NCBI GenBank assembly: GCA_030681595.1
Contig: JAUXSB010000061.1
Coordinates: forward strand, 69,392-133,391
Length of the DNA: 64,000 nucleotides
From: Candidatus Omnitrophota bacterium
GTDB lineage: Bacteria; Omnitrophota; Gorgyraeia; Ghiorseimicrobiales; Ghiorseimicrobiaceae
Reading direction: 5' to 3'
Below, in pieces: positions 19,599 to 28,383 of the stretch. Numbering within the stretch: position 1 is the first letter of the stretch; every line of letters begins with the position of its first letter. The translations under genes were made by a program, and so were the position numbers. The notes under the pieces are model-generated. The model was not told the DNA's origin and made no database searches. It saw only the letters and a list, made by a program, of their open reading frames with translations.

Positions 19599-21083
19599 TT
19601 AATTCGTGGGCCTTTTATCCACTATCCTTTTTACCTTATGCGAAACTTCCATCTCTACTTTTTCCAGCATCTCTTTATGTGTGAGTATAATTATCTCGTT
19701 AGGGGTAACTTCCGTAGCACTTTGAATTTTATATTTGAGTTTTTCTTTTAACCCTTCGGGTTCTATGCCGCTTGCTATGCTTAAATAGATCACCAGTTCA
19801 TCAACTTCAAAAGGGTCATTGTCTTTTTTTCTTATCTCAATCTGCCATTCCTCTATAGCGCGCTCTGCCTCAAGAAGCTGGGTAAAAGTATTCAGGTTCA
19901 CCAAAGTGCCTTTTACCTTGGAAAGCTGAAGGCTCTTGATATTGTGGGCGCGGTAAATCTGGCTTGAAATACGAGGAACAGTACACTTGCAATAGGGGCA
20001 TTGCGCATAAGTAATTCCCCCTTTAACTAAATCTCCGGTGCGGTAACGCACTACCACGCTTCCCCGCGCGTCAATACTGGTATAAACCAGTTCTCCGTCT
20101 TCTCCTTCGCCTTTTACCTCTCCCGTATGCGGGTCAATCACCTCAAAGATTTCTTTATCCGGATAGGTGTGGTAGCCGCTTGAGGCATCTATTGCGGTTG
20201 GGCATTCTCCCCAAGCGCATTTTGCCTCGGTAAACCCGTAGGTTCCGATAATTGAAAGTTCCCCCGCGCCCATTCCCCTTAATAATCCTGCCAATTTTTC
20301 CTTAAAACCTAGAGGCACAGCTGAAGCGCCTAAAACTATCTTGCGGATAAAACTAAAATCTGCGGCCATATCCTTCGCCGTGCGCGTCAGATGATAAAGA
20401 TAACCCGGAACGCCGATTATTAAATTCGGCTTAACCTTTAATATTAAATCTATACTTGCCTGTGTGCTGATTGTTTTTCCGCCGCCGGTGCTTAAAACAA
20501 ATTCGTTATGCGCTAAGCCGGCAAAGACCGTCTGCCAGAAGGCAAGGTGCGGCGCGTAAGGGAAAAGATTTACCGCGCGGACATCTTCTTTAGTCCCGAA
20601 AACTTCTAATAACCTATAGCCGGAAATATAAAGGTTTTCTATATCGTAAGCGGAGTATAAAAACGAAATCGGCTGATTGGTTGTTCCGGTGGTCGCGGTA
20701 AGAAAAATCGGGCGGTATTCTTTTTCCAGGGTTTTCTTTAAGCCTTCTTTGCCTTTTATCGCCTTGATAAAAGCAAGCTTAAGCAACTTGGATTTTCCCC
20801 AATATTTTTTAATCAGGCGCTCGTCGGGCTGGAGGATAAAATCCCGGAATTTCTGAGGGCTTTCCTCGGTGGAAACAAAATCATCTTTTCTGGTAAAAGG
20901 GATTATCCTTAAATCTTCAATGGATTTTATATAGCGGGGCTTAATTTTATGTTCATCGAACAGCCTGCGGTAATAAGGGCTAAAAGGATAGAGATGGCGG
21001 GAAATAAAATTACGCAGTTTGGCGTTTTGGAGCTGTGTTAATTCTTCTCTCGAGAGATGGCTTAATTTATCCCAGCTAAGCAT
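19599..21083 (-). CDS. adenylate-forming enzyme of the PaaK / coenzyme F390 synthetase / LuxE-like family
   Basis: 494 aa. N-terminus typical of phenylacetate-CoA ligase-like proteins (YYRRLFDEHKI, IEDLRIIPFTRKDD) and an ATTGTTNQP adenylation motif. Confidence 0.7.
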   Translation of the reverse strand: MLSWDKLSHLSREELTQLQNAKLRNFISRHLYPFSPYYRRLFDEHKIKPRYIKSIEDLRIIPFTRKDDFVSTEESPQKFRDFILQPDERLIKKYWGKSKLLKLAFIKAIKGKEGLKKTLEKEYRPIFLTATTGTTNQPISFLYSAYDIENLYISGYRLLEVFGTKEDVRAVNLFPYAPHLAFWQTVFAGLAHNEFVLSTGGGKTISTQASIDLILKVKPNLIIGVPGYLYHLTRTAKDMAADFSFIRKIVLGASAVPLGFKEKLAGLLRGMGAGELSIIGTYGFTEAKCAWGECPTAIDASSGYHTYPDKEIFEVIDPHTGEVKGEGEDGELVYTSIDARGSVVVRYRTGDLVKGGITYAQCPYCKCTVPRISSQIYRAHNIKSLQLSKVKGTLVNLNTFTQLLEAERAIEEWQIEIRKKDNDPFEVDELVIYLSIASGIEPEGLKEKLKYKIQSATEVTPNEIIILTHKEMLEKVEMEVSHKVKRIVDKRPTN

Positions 21084-21133
21084 TTACTCCTGTTTTTGTG
21101 AATTGCCGCCGGATAAAGCCGGCGGGATAGATT

Positions 21134-21607
21134 TTACCGGGCAAAAGAAAAATGCGCAAGCCGCCTTTCTCTTCTTAGCTTTAGCTCTTTATTCTTTTTT
21201 ATTTCTTCTTTTGTCTTAAGAATTAAACCCGGGACTTTAGATGGCCTTCCCTTTTTATCTAAGGCGACCATGGTCAGGTACGCTGAGCCGATATCAACTA
21301 CTCTCCCCTGTTTAATTTTTTCGGCGGATATTTTAACTTCTACATCCATAGAAGTTCTTCCGACGTGGTATATCGAAGAAGAAAGCACAAGCAAATCACC
21401 GATGCCTACGGGATGCTTAAACTCCATATGATCCATTGAGGCGACAACGACATTTTTTCTGGCATGCTTTGTGGCAGCAACAAATGCCGCCTCATCCGCT
21501 AATTTTAAGATGGCCCCGCCGTGTATGCTGCCGTAATGGTTAGCATCTAACGGCATCATTACTTCGGATAAAGTAGTGGCAGATTCCGCAACCGTCTTTT
21601 TTCTCAT
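21134..21607 (-). CDS. acyl-CoA thioesterase (hotdog fold, YciA-like)
   Basis: 157 aa. DANHYGSIHGGAILKLADEAAF is the hotdog thioesterase motif. Confidence 0.75.
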   Translation of the reverse strand: MRKKTVAESATTLSEVMMPLDANHYGSIHGGAILKLADEAAFVAATKHARKNVVVASMDHMEFKHPVGIGDLLVLSSSIYHVGRTSMDVEVKISAEKIKQGRVVDIGSAYLTMVALDKKGRPSKVPGLILKTKEEIKKNKELKLRRERRLAHFSFAR

Positions 21608-21702
21608 CGGTTAAATTATATCACTTTCCTTATCTATTTGACAATAAAATATTTAAGCAGTTGGCCTTACCCCGTTGTACACCTCGGAGGTGTGCAACGC
21701 TT

Positions 21703-22323
21703 TTAGCTCCCAGCATTTTTAATACCTGCGACGTCCCAAAAGGCGCGTAAGGCTTGACCTTGATTATAACCCTTACCCCAGATAACCTTGCCGTAGGTTT
21801 TTAAAAAATGCTCGACATGGCTCTTAAAGGTAAAAGACGCGCTTGAGCGCGGGCTTTTTGAGAGCGCTTTTCCCCATAACCCTACCAGTTTTAAGCAAGA
21901 TACAGGGTTATTCTTTAGAATCTTTATTAAATCATCAACATCTGGATTTAAATACCTGGTTATTTTACCGATTGACCAGTAATCAGGCGATAATATTGAC
22001 ACATCTACGCGACCGAAGGATTTATAGGGAATAGTATGTTTTTTATAATCCAAAAATGTTATCTGCGACCAGCGGTCAATATCTTCAGAAAAATTAACCG
22101 CTATTCCGGTGATATCGGAGGCTTGTTTTATGGCATTCTCAACATCTTTAAAGCGGTTTTTACTGCAAGTGACAGCGAAATCTATATCAATGCTCGGCCT
22201 ATTGCCGCCTATTAGAATTCCCGCGGCAGCACCCGTAAGAATAATCTTCACCTTTTCTTTAGCGGGCCCTTTGACGCTCTGGCTGAGGGTATGAAAAAAA
22301 TTATCAATCTGCTTTTGATTCAT
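21703..22323 (-). CDS. nucleotidyltransferase-fold protein (AbiEii / toxin-like candidate)
   Basis: 206 aa. LTGAAAGILIGGNRPSIDIDFAV is the G[GS]-x9-13-DxD nucleotidyltransferase signature. It overlaps the upstream XRE-HTH gene by 4 nt. Confidence 0.55.
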   Translation of the reverse strand: MNQKQIDNFFHTLSQSVKGPAKEKVKIILTGAAAGILIGGNRPSIDIDFAVTCSKNRFKDVENAIKQASDITGIAVNFSEDIDRWSQITFLDYKKHTIPYKSFGRVDVSILSPDYWSIGKITRYLNPDVDDLIKILKNNPVSCLKLVGLWGKALSKSPRSSASFTFKSHVEHFLKTYGKVIWGKGYNQGQALRAFWDVAGIKNAGS

Positions 22324-22805
22324 CGGCTAATATATTTATCTAAGCGGCTTAATAGGTTGTTTAATGTTTCTCTTCCTACGGCCGACTTGAGTATCAACCA
22401 GTTAGTAATATAAGATTGCCGGTCTTTAAGAGTATTGGTATATTTTTTTTCTTCGGCATTAACCTTATTTGTAATTATTGTTGAAAGCATCGCGCTGATA
22501 CTTTTTTCTCGGGCTGTGGAAAATTTAGCGGATTTCCCCAGGCTTATTTGCGCTATATTCTCCAGAGATTTTCTTGAGAACATAGCTTTATTGAAATAGA
22601 GAGGGGCTGTGCCGTTTACAAGGCTACCCGGCGAGACGTCAAGCGCCGCAGCGAGCGAACGCAGGGTTGTTAATGTTATTTCCCTTTTCCCTCTTTCAAT
22701 AGCGCTTAAGTTAGGCCGGGGGATACCCGCCTTTTTAGCCAACTCCTCTTGGGTTAAGCCCCTAAAGGCGCGCCAGAGGTAGATATTCTCTCCAAAAGTA
22801 ATCAT
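22320..22805 (-). CDS. XRE-family HTH transcriptional regulator with a C-terminal uncharacterised domain (antitoxin-like partner)
   Basis: 161 aa. The N-terminus (LTQEELAKKAGIPRPNLSAIERGKREITLTTLRSLAAAL) is a canonical HTH_XRE. Confidence 0.7.
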   Translation of the reverse strand: MITFGENIYLWRAFRGLTQEELAKKAGIPRPNLSAIERGKREITLTTLRSLAAALDVSPGSLVNGTAPLYFNKAMFSRKSLENIAQISLGKSAKFSTAREKSISAMLSTIITNKVNAEEKKYTNTLKDRQSYITNWLILKSAVGRETLNNLLSRLDKYISR

Positions 22806-22875
22806 AAGATAAATGTAGCATATTTACTACATTATGTCAAGCAAAAAATCTGCCGGGTAGTATACTTAATTGTGT

Positions 22876-23008
22876 GCGGCTTTGGCAAATTGCGCGCCAA
22901 ACCACTGCCCTCTGGCTTGCGGCTTTGGCTATGTGGAAAGCCAAACCACTGCCCTCTGGCTTGCGGCTTTGGCTATGTGGAAAGCCAAACCACTGCCCTC
23001 TGGCTTGT
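22876..23008. repeat. tandem array (about three units of 44 bp) of a palindromic element, repeat family A
   Basis: GCGGCTTTGGCTATGTGGAAAGCCAAACCACTGCCCTCTGGCTT repeated head-to-tail; the first copy is degenerate. Core hairpin GGCTTT-N10-AAAGCC. Dispersed single copies are at 39154, 41202 and 46050. Confidence 0.85.
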
Positions 23009-23183
23009 AAATTAACTAACTCGTTTTTCCGCCGAAGGCGGATCCGCCTACGGCGGAAGACACCCCCGAGGTGGCCGGAAGGACTCCTCGGGGGTGGCCC
23101 GCCCGAACGACCACTGGTCGGGCGCGGCGAAGCTTGGTTATTCGGGAAAATCGCTGAACCGGTGTCAAAAATCGGTGACACCG

Positions 23184-23324
23184 ATTTGCTTTCCAAAAAA
23201 TACCGAGTTTTCAAAGATATCGGAAAATAGGCTTAAAGAAGTGCAAGATGAATTAAATGATCGTCCGCGTAAAACATTAGGTTTTTATACGCCTCATGAG
23301 AAATTTGCGGAACTGTTGCGTTAG
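23184..23324 (+). pseudogene. IS30-family transposase C-terminal fragment (remnant)
   Basis: FPKNTEFSKISENRLKEVQDELNDRPRKTLGFYTPHEKFAELL matches the conserved IS30 transposase C-terminus (FPKGTDLS..ELD.V.DELNNRPRKCLGFKTPAEVF). Only about 45 aa are present and no intact upstream ORF exists. Confidence 0.65.
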
Positions 23325-23610
23325 AAATTTGAATCTGCCCGACACTATTTACGCTATTGTAACAAGCGCAAGAGAAAAATCAATAATTAAGTATTGTGTC
23401 CCCTGATTTGCTGATTGTAACTCTCTATAAATCAATAAGTTAAGAATAAATATTTTTTACTAAAAGTAACTTATTTATCTACGCCTAGAATTCTCTAACG
23501 CAAAGTGACTTAAATTTTAATAATGCCTCTATTCTTCTTCAAAGTCAATTCCAAAAAATAAGGCCGGACAATTTAGTCCAGCCTTAAACCCATCTATGAA
23601 TTGAAGTTTT

Positions 23611-24303
23611 CTATACGGCTTTCTTTTTCTTAAAAAACAACCCTAACAGTCCTAATCCAAAAAGCGAAAAAGTTGCCGGTTCAGGAATAACTCCCTCTAC
23701 GCCCATAGAGAAATTTTTGGGGGCATATAACCCTCCTGGTAGCGGAGTAAAATATAAATCACCATAGCTCCACAAAGCATAATTGTTATTTACTGGCGCA
23801 CCAATTGCATTTAATCCATTCGTGCCGCTAACATAAGAATAACCGTATCCAAAACCAATAGGAGCAACAGTAAGCCAATATGTGTCTGGTTCCAAATAAA
23901 TACTTAAACCGGTAACTTCAATCGTATATTCGGGGGTCCAACTACCTACGCCTCGCCCAGTAGCTATCTGCGTTGCAGGACTAATTCCTCCCGCAATAAG
24001 CGTGCCGCCATTTCCTTCGGAGACACCACGACGGATTTCCCACATCGCCTGCTCAACTCCTGTAAAACTCATAAGGTCATTGGACCAAATTGTATTAACA
24101 AGCCATCCATCGTCATTAATAACTTGGAAATCTTCATATACATTAGATTGCGCTATTGATGTGTTAATTTCGTTTGCTAGCCCACCACCTAAATAACCCC
24201 TATAATCCCCATTATACCAAAGAACTGCAGAATAAGCGGAACCAATAAGAACAAAATTGAGTAAGAGAGAAATTAAAATCCCAAAAAGTGAATATTTTTT
24301 CAT
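23611..24303 (-). CDS. PEP-CTERM-anchored secreted protein (exosortase substrate)
   Basis: N-terminal signal peptide (MKKYSLFGILISLLLNFVLIGSAYS) and a C-terminal VIPEPATFSLFGLGLLGLFFKKKK PEP-CTERM sorting signal. The longer ORF reaching 24393 would add 30 aa before the signal peptide. Confidence 0.7.
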   Translation of the reverse strand: MKKYSLFGILISLLLNFVLIGSAYSAVLWYNGDYRGYLGGGLANEINTSIAQSNVYEDFQVINDDGWLVNTIWSNDLMSFTGVEQAMWEIRRGVSEGNGGTLIAGGISPATQIATGRGVGSWTPEYTIEVTGLSIYLEPDTYWLTVAPIGFGYGYSYVSGTNGLNAIGAPVNNNYALWSYGDLYFTPLPGGLYAPKNFSMGVEGVIPEPATFSLFGLGLLGLFFKKKKAV

Positions 24304-25161
24304 TATTTTTCCTTTCTTATAATTATTGCACATAAGCAATTTTCGTAAATAATGCAGATTCATAGTATCTTTTTCCTGCCTTCTCCCGGTCAATTTTAGT
24401 GTTTTTAAAAGTCTTGGTATTCCGGAGACAAAAAAAGTAACCCATTAATTGCGGTTATCCTTAAAGTTAGTTTATTTCGCCTGTCAGGATATTAATTCCG
24501 ATTGAGGCCATATTTAAACCCTAAACGGATATTTCTGTCAATATGACAGAACAAGACAAAGTAGGACATAGGGCGAATCCCATACCAAATGATATCAATA
24601 GCTATCTTTGACACCTGAAGATAATTGTGTTATGTTTAAATAGGTGATAAAAATGAAAACCATATCCCATATATTAGAAATAATTGAAAAGAGGGTGCGT
24701 AACCTTGCCAAAATGAAAAGCGCCTCTTGCGATATAGACCAAAGGCGCAAAAAAGCCCCTGCCGGCTGGAATAATGTAGAGGCATTACGCCGATTGCGTT
24801 CATAACGAATCTTTTTAAAAGATTATAGGCAACAACGTACGATACCCTCATATTAAAAGACTTAATCTTCGTAACATATCAAAGGTGGCTGAAAAATCTT
24901 CCCAAAAACCTCTTTCTTTAAAAACGATTACCAAAGAAATTCACCTCTTTCGCAAAGAAAAGAAGACGCAAATCAATAAAAAATAGGGCACTCAAAAACC
25001 ATAGTTTTTGACGCCCTAAATTGAATTTTCGCTGACCAACTGCGCTTTTAAATTGGGGCATAAAACTCCTTCGTGTTTCTGCCCCCGTGGCACGGCAATA
25101 ATAAGTATAGCATAAAATTCCCTTTTTCAAGGGGGGTAAAAAAATGCTAACGCGGATCCAA

Positions 25162-25785
25162 CTAATTTAAGTATGAACGAAAATTTGTTTTTCCCTTTAC
25201 CGCACTAATGAACTCGCTTACGGAAAATGGCTTATAAAGGTAATCCTCGATGCCCAACCGATTTGCCCTTTCTTCTGCCTGAGTATCCATATATCCGGTG
25301 ATAACAATCTCTTGTGGCGGGGTTTTTTGGGACTTATTATAAAACTCTCGGATTTTCTCTATGGCTTCAATGCCGTCCATCCCTGCCATCCTCACATCCG
25401 CTACAATCAGGTCAAAACTTTTGCTTTTTGCTTTTTCCAATGCCTCTTCTCCGCTTGCCGCCGAATCTACATTGTATCCGCAGGTATTGAGCAACTTAGC
25501 AATTGACCTCCGTACAAGTGTATCGTCATCAACCAGCAAAACATTATTGGTTTTCGATACGGCTTCCTTATCGGCCTGCGAAGCCAAGGGCTCATTTGGA
25601 ACAGAAACAACGGATTCAGCCTCTCCTTCGCTAATCCATTTATCCAAGCTTGATTTTCTGAAACGTAATTGTTTACCGATTTTTACCGAGGGGATTTCTT
25701 TTCGCTGAGAGAGCTTGTAAAGAGTGCTTTTGGGAATTTTTAAATACGCGGAAACTTCATTTAGAGTGAAAAACTTATCTTCCAT
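25162..25785 (-). CDS. excisionase-type HTH (HTH_17) fused to a C-terminal receiver (REC) domain
   Basis: 207 aa. N-terminus YLKIPKSTLYKLSQRKEIPSVKIGKQLRFRKSSLDKWI, paralogous to the 14381-14620 protein. C-terminal receiver motifs LLVDDD, DLIVADVRMAGMDG and YLYKPF. Confidence 0.75.
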   Translation of the reverse strand: MEDKFFTLNEVSAYLKIPKSTLYKLSQRKEIPSVKIGKQLRFRKSSLDKWISEGEAESVVSVPNEPLASQADKEAVSKTNNVLLVDDDTLVRRSIAKLLNTCGYNVDSAASGEEALEKAKSKSFDLIVADVRMAGMDGIEAIEKIREFYNKSQKTPPQEIVITGYMDTQAEERANRLGIEDYLYKPFSVSEFISAVKGKTNFRSYLN

Positions 25786-25814
25786 AATGGCTGTTTTTGT
25801 CTGTTTTTTACTGT

Positions 25815-25850
25815 TATTAATAATAACACGAATGCAAAGCTTGTCAAGTA
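25815..25850 (-). promoter_or_regulatory. candidate sigma70-type promoter for the HTH-REC gene
   Basis: On the minus strand: TTGACA, a 16-17 nt spacer, then TATTAT/ATTATT, in the 180-bp intergenic region upstream of 25785. Motif-only evidence. Confidence 0.25.
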
Positions 25851-25965
25851 AAATTTTTAGTAGCTTGCCAGAAACACAAACTTGACAAAGAACCTATAAA
25901 ATATCAAGGAATTGCGTCAAAATTCTGCCACAAATTCGGGAAAGCTTCAAAATATTTACCGCGAA

Positions 25966-26667
25966 TTAATCTTCTGCCTCTTCAACAAGCGCGAGGTCTG
26001 CGACCGGGGGTTCTCCTTTAATTATTTTGCCTGTTTTAAACCGGTATTTTAAAAATTTAATTGCGATAGGGAGGATTGAAACAAAAATGATTATAAGCGC
26101 GGCTAAAGAGAAATTATTTTTTACAAAAGGGATATTACCTAAAGAGAAACCTCCAAAGACAAAAATCGCCACCCACGCTATGCCGCCGCTAATATTATAA
26201 ACGATGAATTTAGCGTAATCCATCTTCCCTACGCCGGCTAAAAATGGGGCAAACGTACGCACAATAGGCACAAATCGCGCCAAGATAATTGTTTTAGCGC
26301 CATGTTTTTCATAAAATTTTTGCGTAAGATCCAGGTGCTCCTTTTTAAAAAAACGCGCGTTATTGCACTTAAAGATCTTATAGCCTATGATTTTACCCAT
26401 CGCGTAATTTAGGCTGTCGCCGAGTATGGCCGCTAAGCTTAAGGTAATAAATACCGCAAAAATATTCAGAGAACCGAGTGCCGAAATCGCCCCCACCATA
26501 AAAAGAAGCGAATCCCCGGGTAAAAAAGGCGTAACCACAAAGCCTGTCTCGGCAAAAATAATCAAGAAAAGAAATAGATACACCCACAAACCATAACTGT
26601 GTGTTATCGCCGTAAGGTACTGATCAAAATGCAGCAAAAAATCAAACGCGCTTTGTAAAAATTCCAT
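25966..26667 (-). CDS. DedA/SNARE-associated family membrane protein
   Basis: 233 aa. The VTPFLPGDSLLF motif and polytopic membrane profile are typical of DedA. Confidence 0.75.
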   Translation of the reverse strand: MEFLQSAFDFLLHFDQYLTAITHSYGLWVYLFLFLIIFAETGFVVTPFLPGDSLLFMVGAISALGSLNIFAVFITLSLAAILGDSLNYAMGKIIGYKIFKCNNARFFKKEHLDLTQKFYEKHGAKTIILARFVPIVRTFAPFLAGVGKMDYAKFIVYNISGGIAWVAIFVFGGFSLGNIPFVKNNFSLAALIIIFVSILPIAIKFLKYRFKTGKIIKGEPPVADLALVEEAED

Positions 26668-26668
26668 T

Positions 26669-28339
26669 TTATTTTTTCCGCGATAGCAATGCCCTTATCG
26701 CTTGGTAAATAAGAATAAAACTTAGAACCAAAAGGATTATACCACAAATTCCGGAGATTAAAGCATCGGGCGAAATTTTATTGCCTCCACCTGCGCATAC
26801 AAACCGCATAAAAGGCATGGTCAGGTTAAAGAGCGACCAGATAGTTACGCTCAACATAAACAACATCGGCAGTATGGTAAAAAACGGCCTTTTGCCACAC
26901 TTAATCAGCCAGAGAGAAAGCGCTAAAAGAATGAGGCTGGCAAGCAGTTGATTGCTGGTGCCAAAAATCGGCCAAGCAACCAAATAGGCTTTATCCTGTG
27001 TAACCGCCAGAAATATAAAAGGAATGGCAAGGCTGATTAAAGAAGCAAAAAAACCGCCTATTTTTGAGCGCCATCCGGTCAACTCCTGCAGGATATAACG
27101 CGCAAGGCGAGTGCAGACATCCAGCGTATCGTAAACAAATGTGGAAAAAGCAAGCAGGGCAAACGGAAAAGCAACACTATAGCCTATCTTAACTAGGCCC
27201 AAATACTTCGCGATACCATGGGCATAAATAAGATTTGGGTCATTTTTTAAAATCGCCGACTCTTTTGGCAGCATAATCACACAGGCTATCGCCAATATCG
27301 CCACAACCCCCTCCAAAAGCATTGACCCGTAACCTATCACTAAGCTGTCAGTTTCTCTCCTCACCTGCTTTGCGGTTGTACCGGATGAGACAATCCCATG
27401 AAAACCCGAACATGCCCCGCAGGCAATAGTGATAAACAAAATCGGAAAAATTGCTTTTTGATTTATACTGCTGCGAAAACCCTCAAGATTTAACGCCGGG
27501 TATTCTATTTTAAAGCCGCCGAATAAGGCGCCTGCCAAACCAACGCCAATTACTAAATACAAAAACCATCCTCCTAAGTACCCCCGCGGCTGAAGCAAGA
27601 GCCACAAGGGAATTAAGGAAGCGACAAAACAATAGAGCAATAAAATAATATGCCAGTCTTTAACTGAAATTCCGCCTATAGCATTAAGAATTTCATTGGG
27701 CAGATGCGGCCCAATCCAGACAATAAATAAAGTTAGCGGCAGAAATATCAAAGTGGCTAATCTTAAACTTAGCTTAAACTTATACAATAAAATACCCATA
27801 AACAGGGCTTCTATTAAATAGAAAAAGGATGACGCCGCGACCGCATTACCAAAAGAGACGCCTTCTACAACTGTCTTAAAAGTCTGCGCGGTGATATCGG
27901 TAAAGGCAATAATTACGTAAAGCAGTGTCAACCAGACAAAAATAAGGAATAGCGTTCGCGAAGGCGCCGGCATATATTCCTTGACAATCTCGCCTATTGA
28001 GCAGGCCTTATGCCGTATGGACGCAGCTAAGCTAAAAAAATCATGCGCTCCTCCGATAAAAATCGCCCCCAAAACAATCCAGAGGACAGCCGGCAGCCAT
28101 CCAAACCACAAACAAGCAAGTATCGGCCCTACTATCGGCCCGGCCGCGGCAATCGCGGAAAAATGCTGCCCCAAAAGAAGCGCAGGTCTAGCCGGAACAT
28201 AGTCTATACCGTCATTTATACTGCAGGCGGGAGTAGGACAGGTGTCGTCTAATTTTAACCTGTCGGCAAGAAACCTTCCATAAAGAAGATACGCCGATAG
28301 AAATATAACTATAACCGCGATAATTAATAGAGATAACAT
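26669..28339 (-). CDS. cstA: carbon starvation protein A (CstA family transporter)
   Basis: 556 aa polytopic membrane protein. The N-terminus (YVPARPALLLGQHFSAIAAAGPIVGPILA) is a canonical CstA motif. Confidence 0.8.
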   Translation of the reverse strand: MLSLLIIAVIVIFLSAYLLYGRFLADRLKLDDTCPTPACSINDGIDYVPARPALLLGQHFSAIAAAGPIVGPILACLWFGWLPAVLWIVLGAIFIGGAHDFFSLAASIRHKACSIGEIVKEYMPAPSRTLFLIFVWLTLLYVIIAFTDITAQTFKTVVEGVSFGNAVAASSFFYLIEALFMGILLYKFKLSLRLATLIFLPLTLFIVWIGPHLPNEILNAIGGISVKDWHIILLLYCFVASLIPLWLLLQPRGYLGGWFLYLVIGVGLAGALFGGFKIEYPALNLEGFRSSINQKAIFPILFITIACGACSGFHGIVSSGTTAKQVRRETDSLVIGYGSMLLEGVVAILAIACVIMLPKESAILKNDPNLIYAHGIAKYLGLVKIGYSVAFPFALLAFSTFVYDTLDVCTRLARYILQELTGWRSKIGGFFASLISLAIPFIFLAVTQDKAYLVAWPIFGTSNQLLASLILLALSLWLIKCGKRPFFTILPMLFMLSVTIWSLFNLTMPFMRFVCAGGGNKISPDALISGICGIILLVLSFILIYQAIRALLSRKK

Positions 28340-28383
28340 ACTATTAACCCGTCCTTAATAGATATTATAGAAAAAATAATTAC

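Noticed and set aside
21660-21702. Hairpin CGTTGTACACCTCGGAGGTGTGCAACG as an intrinsic terminator for the nucleotidyltransferase gene
   Set aside because: The stem is strong (12 bp, one mismatch) but there is no U-tract after it on the transcribed minus strand, so it is not a canonical rho-independent terminator. It could still be a processing or stability element.
22876-23008. Possible CRISPR array
   Set aside because: The units are contiguous head-to-tail repeats of about 44 bp with no unique spacers, and there are no cas genes. Copies also occur singly inside genes and spacers, so this is a dispersed element and not CRISPR.
22837-23230. ORFs 22837-23214 (minus) and 22874-23230 (plus) and the N-terminal part of 23094-23324
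   Set aside because: They are read straight through the 44-bp tandem repeats and GC-rich palindromes. The only genuine protein signal is the last roughly 45 aa, an IS30 transposase C-terminus, which I annotate as a remnant pseudogene.
24636-25130. Small ORFs 24636-24851 and 24918-25130
   Set aside because: They have no ribosome-binding site or family features and an odd composition. The region is treated as non-coding and possibly regulatory.
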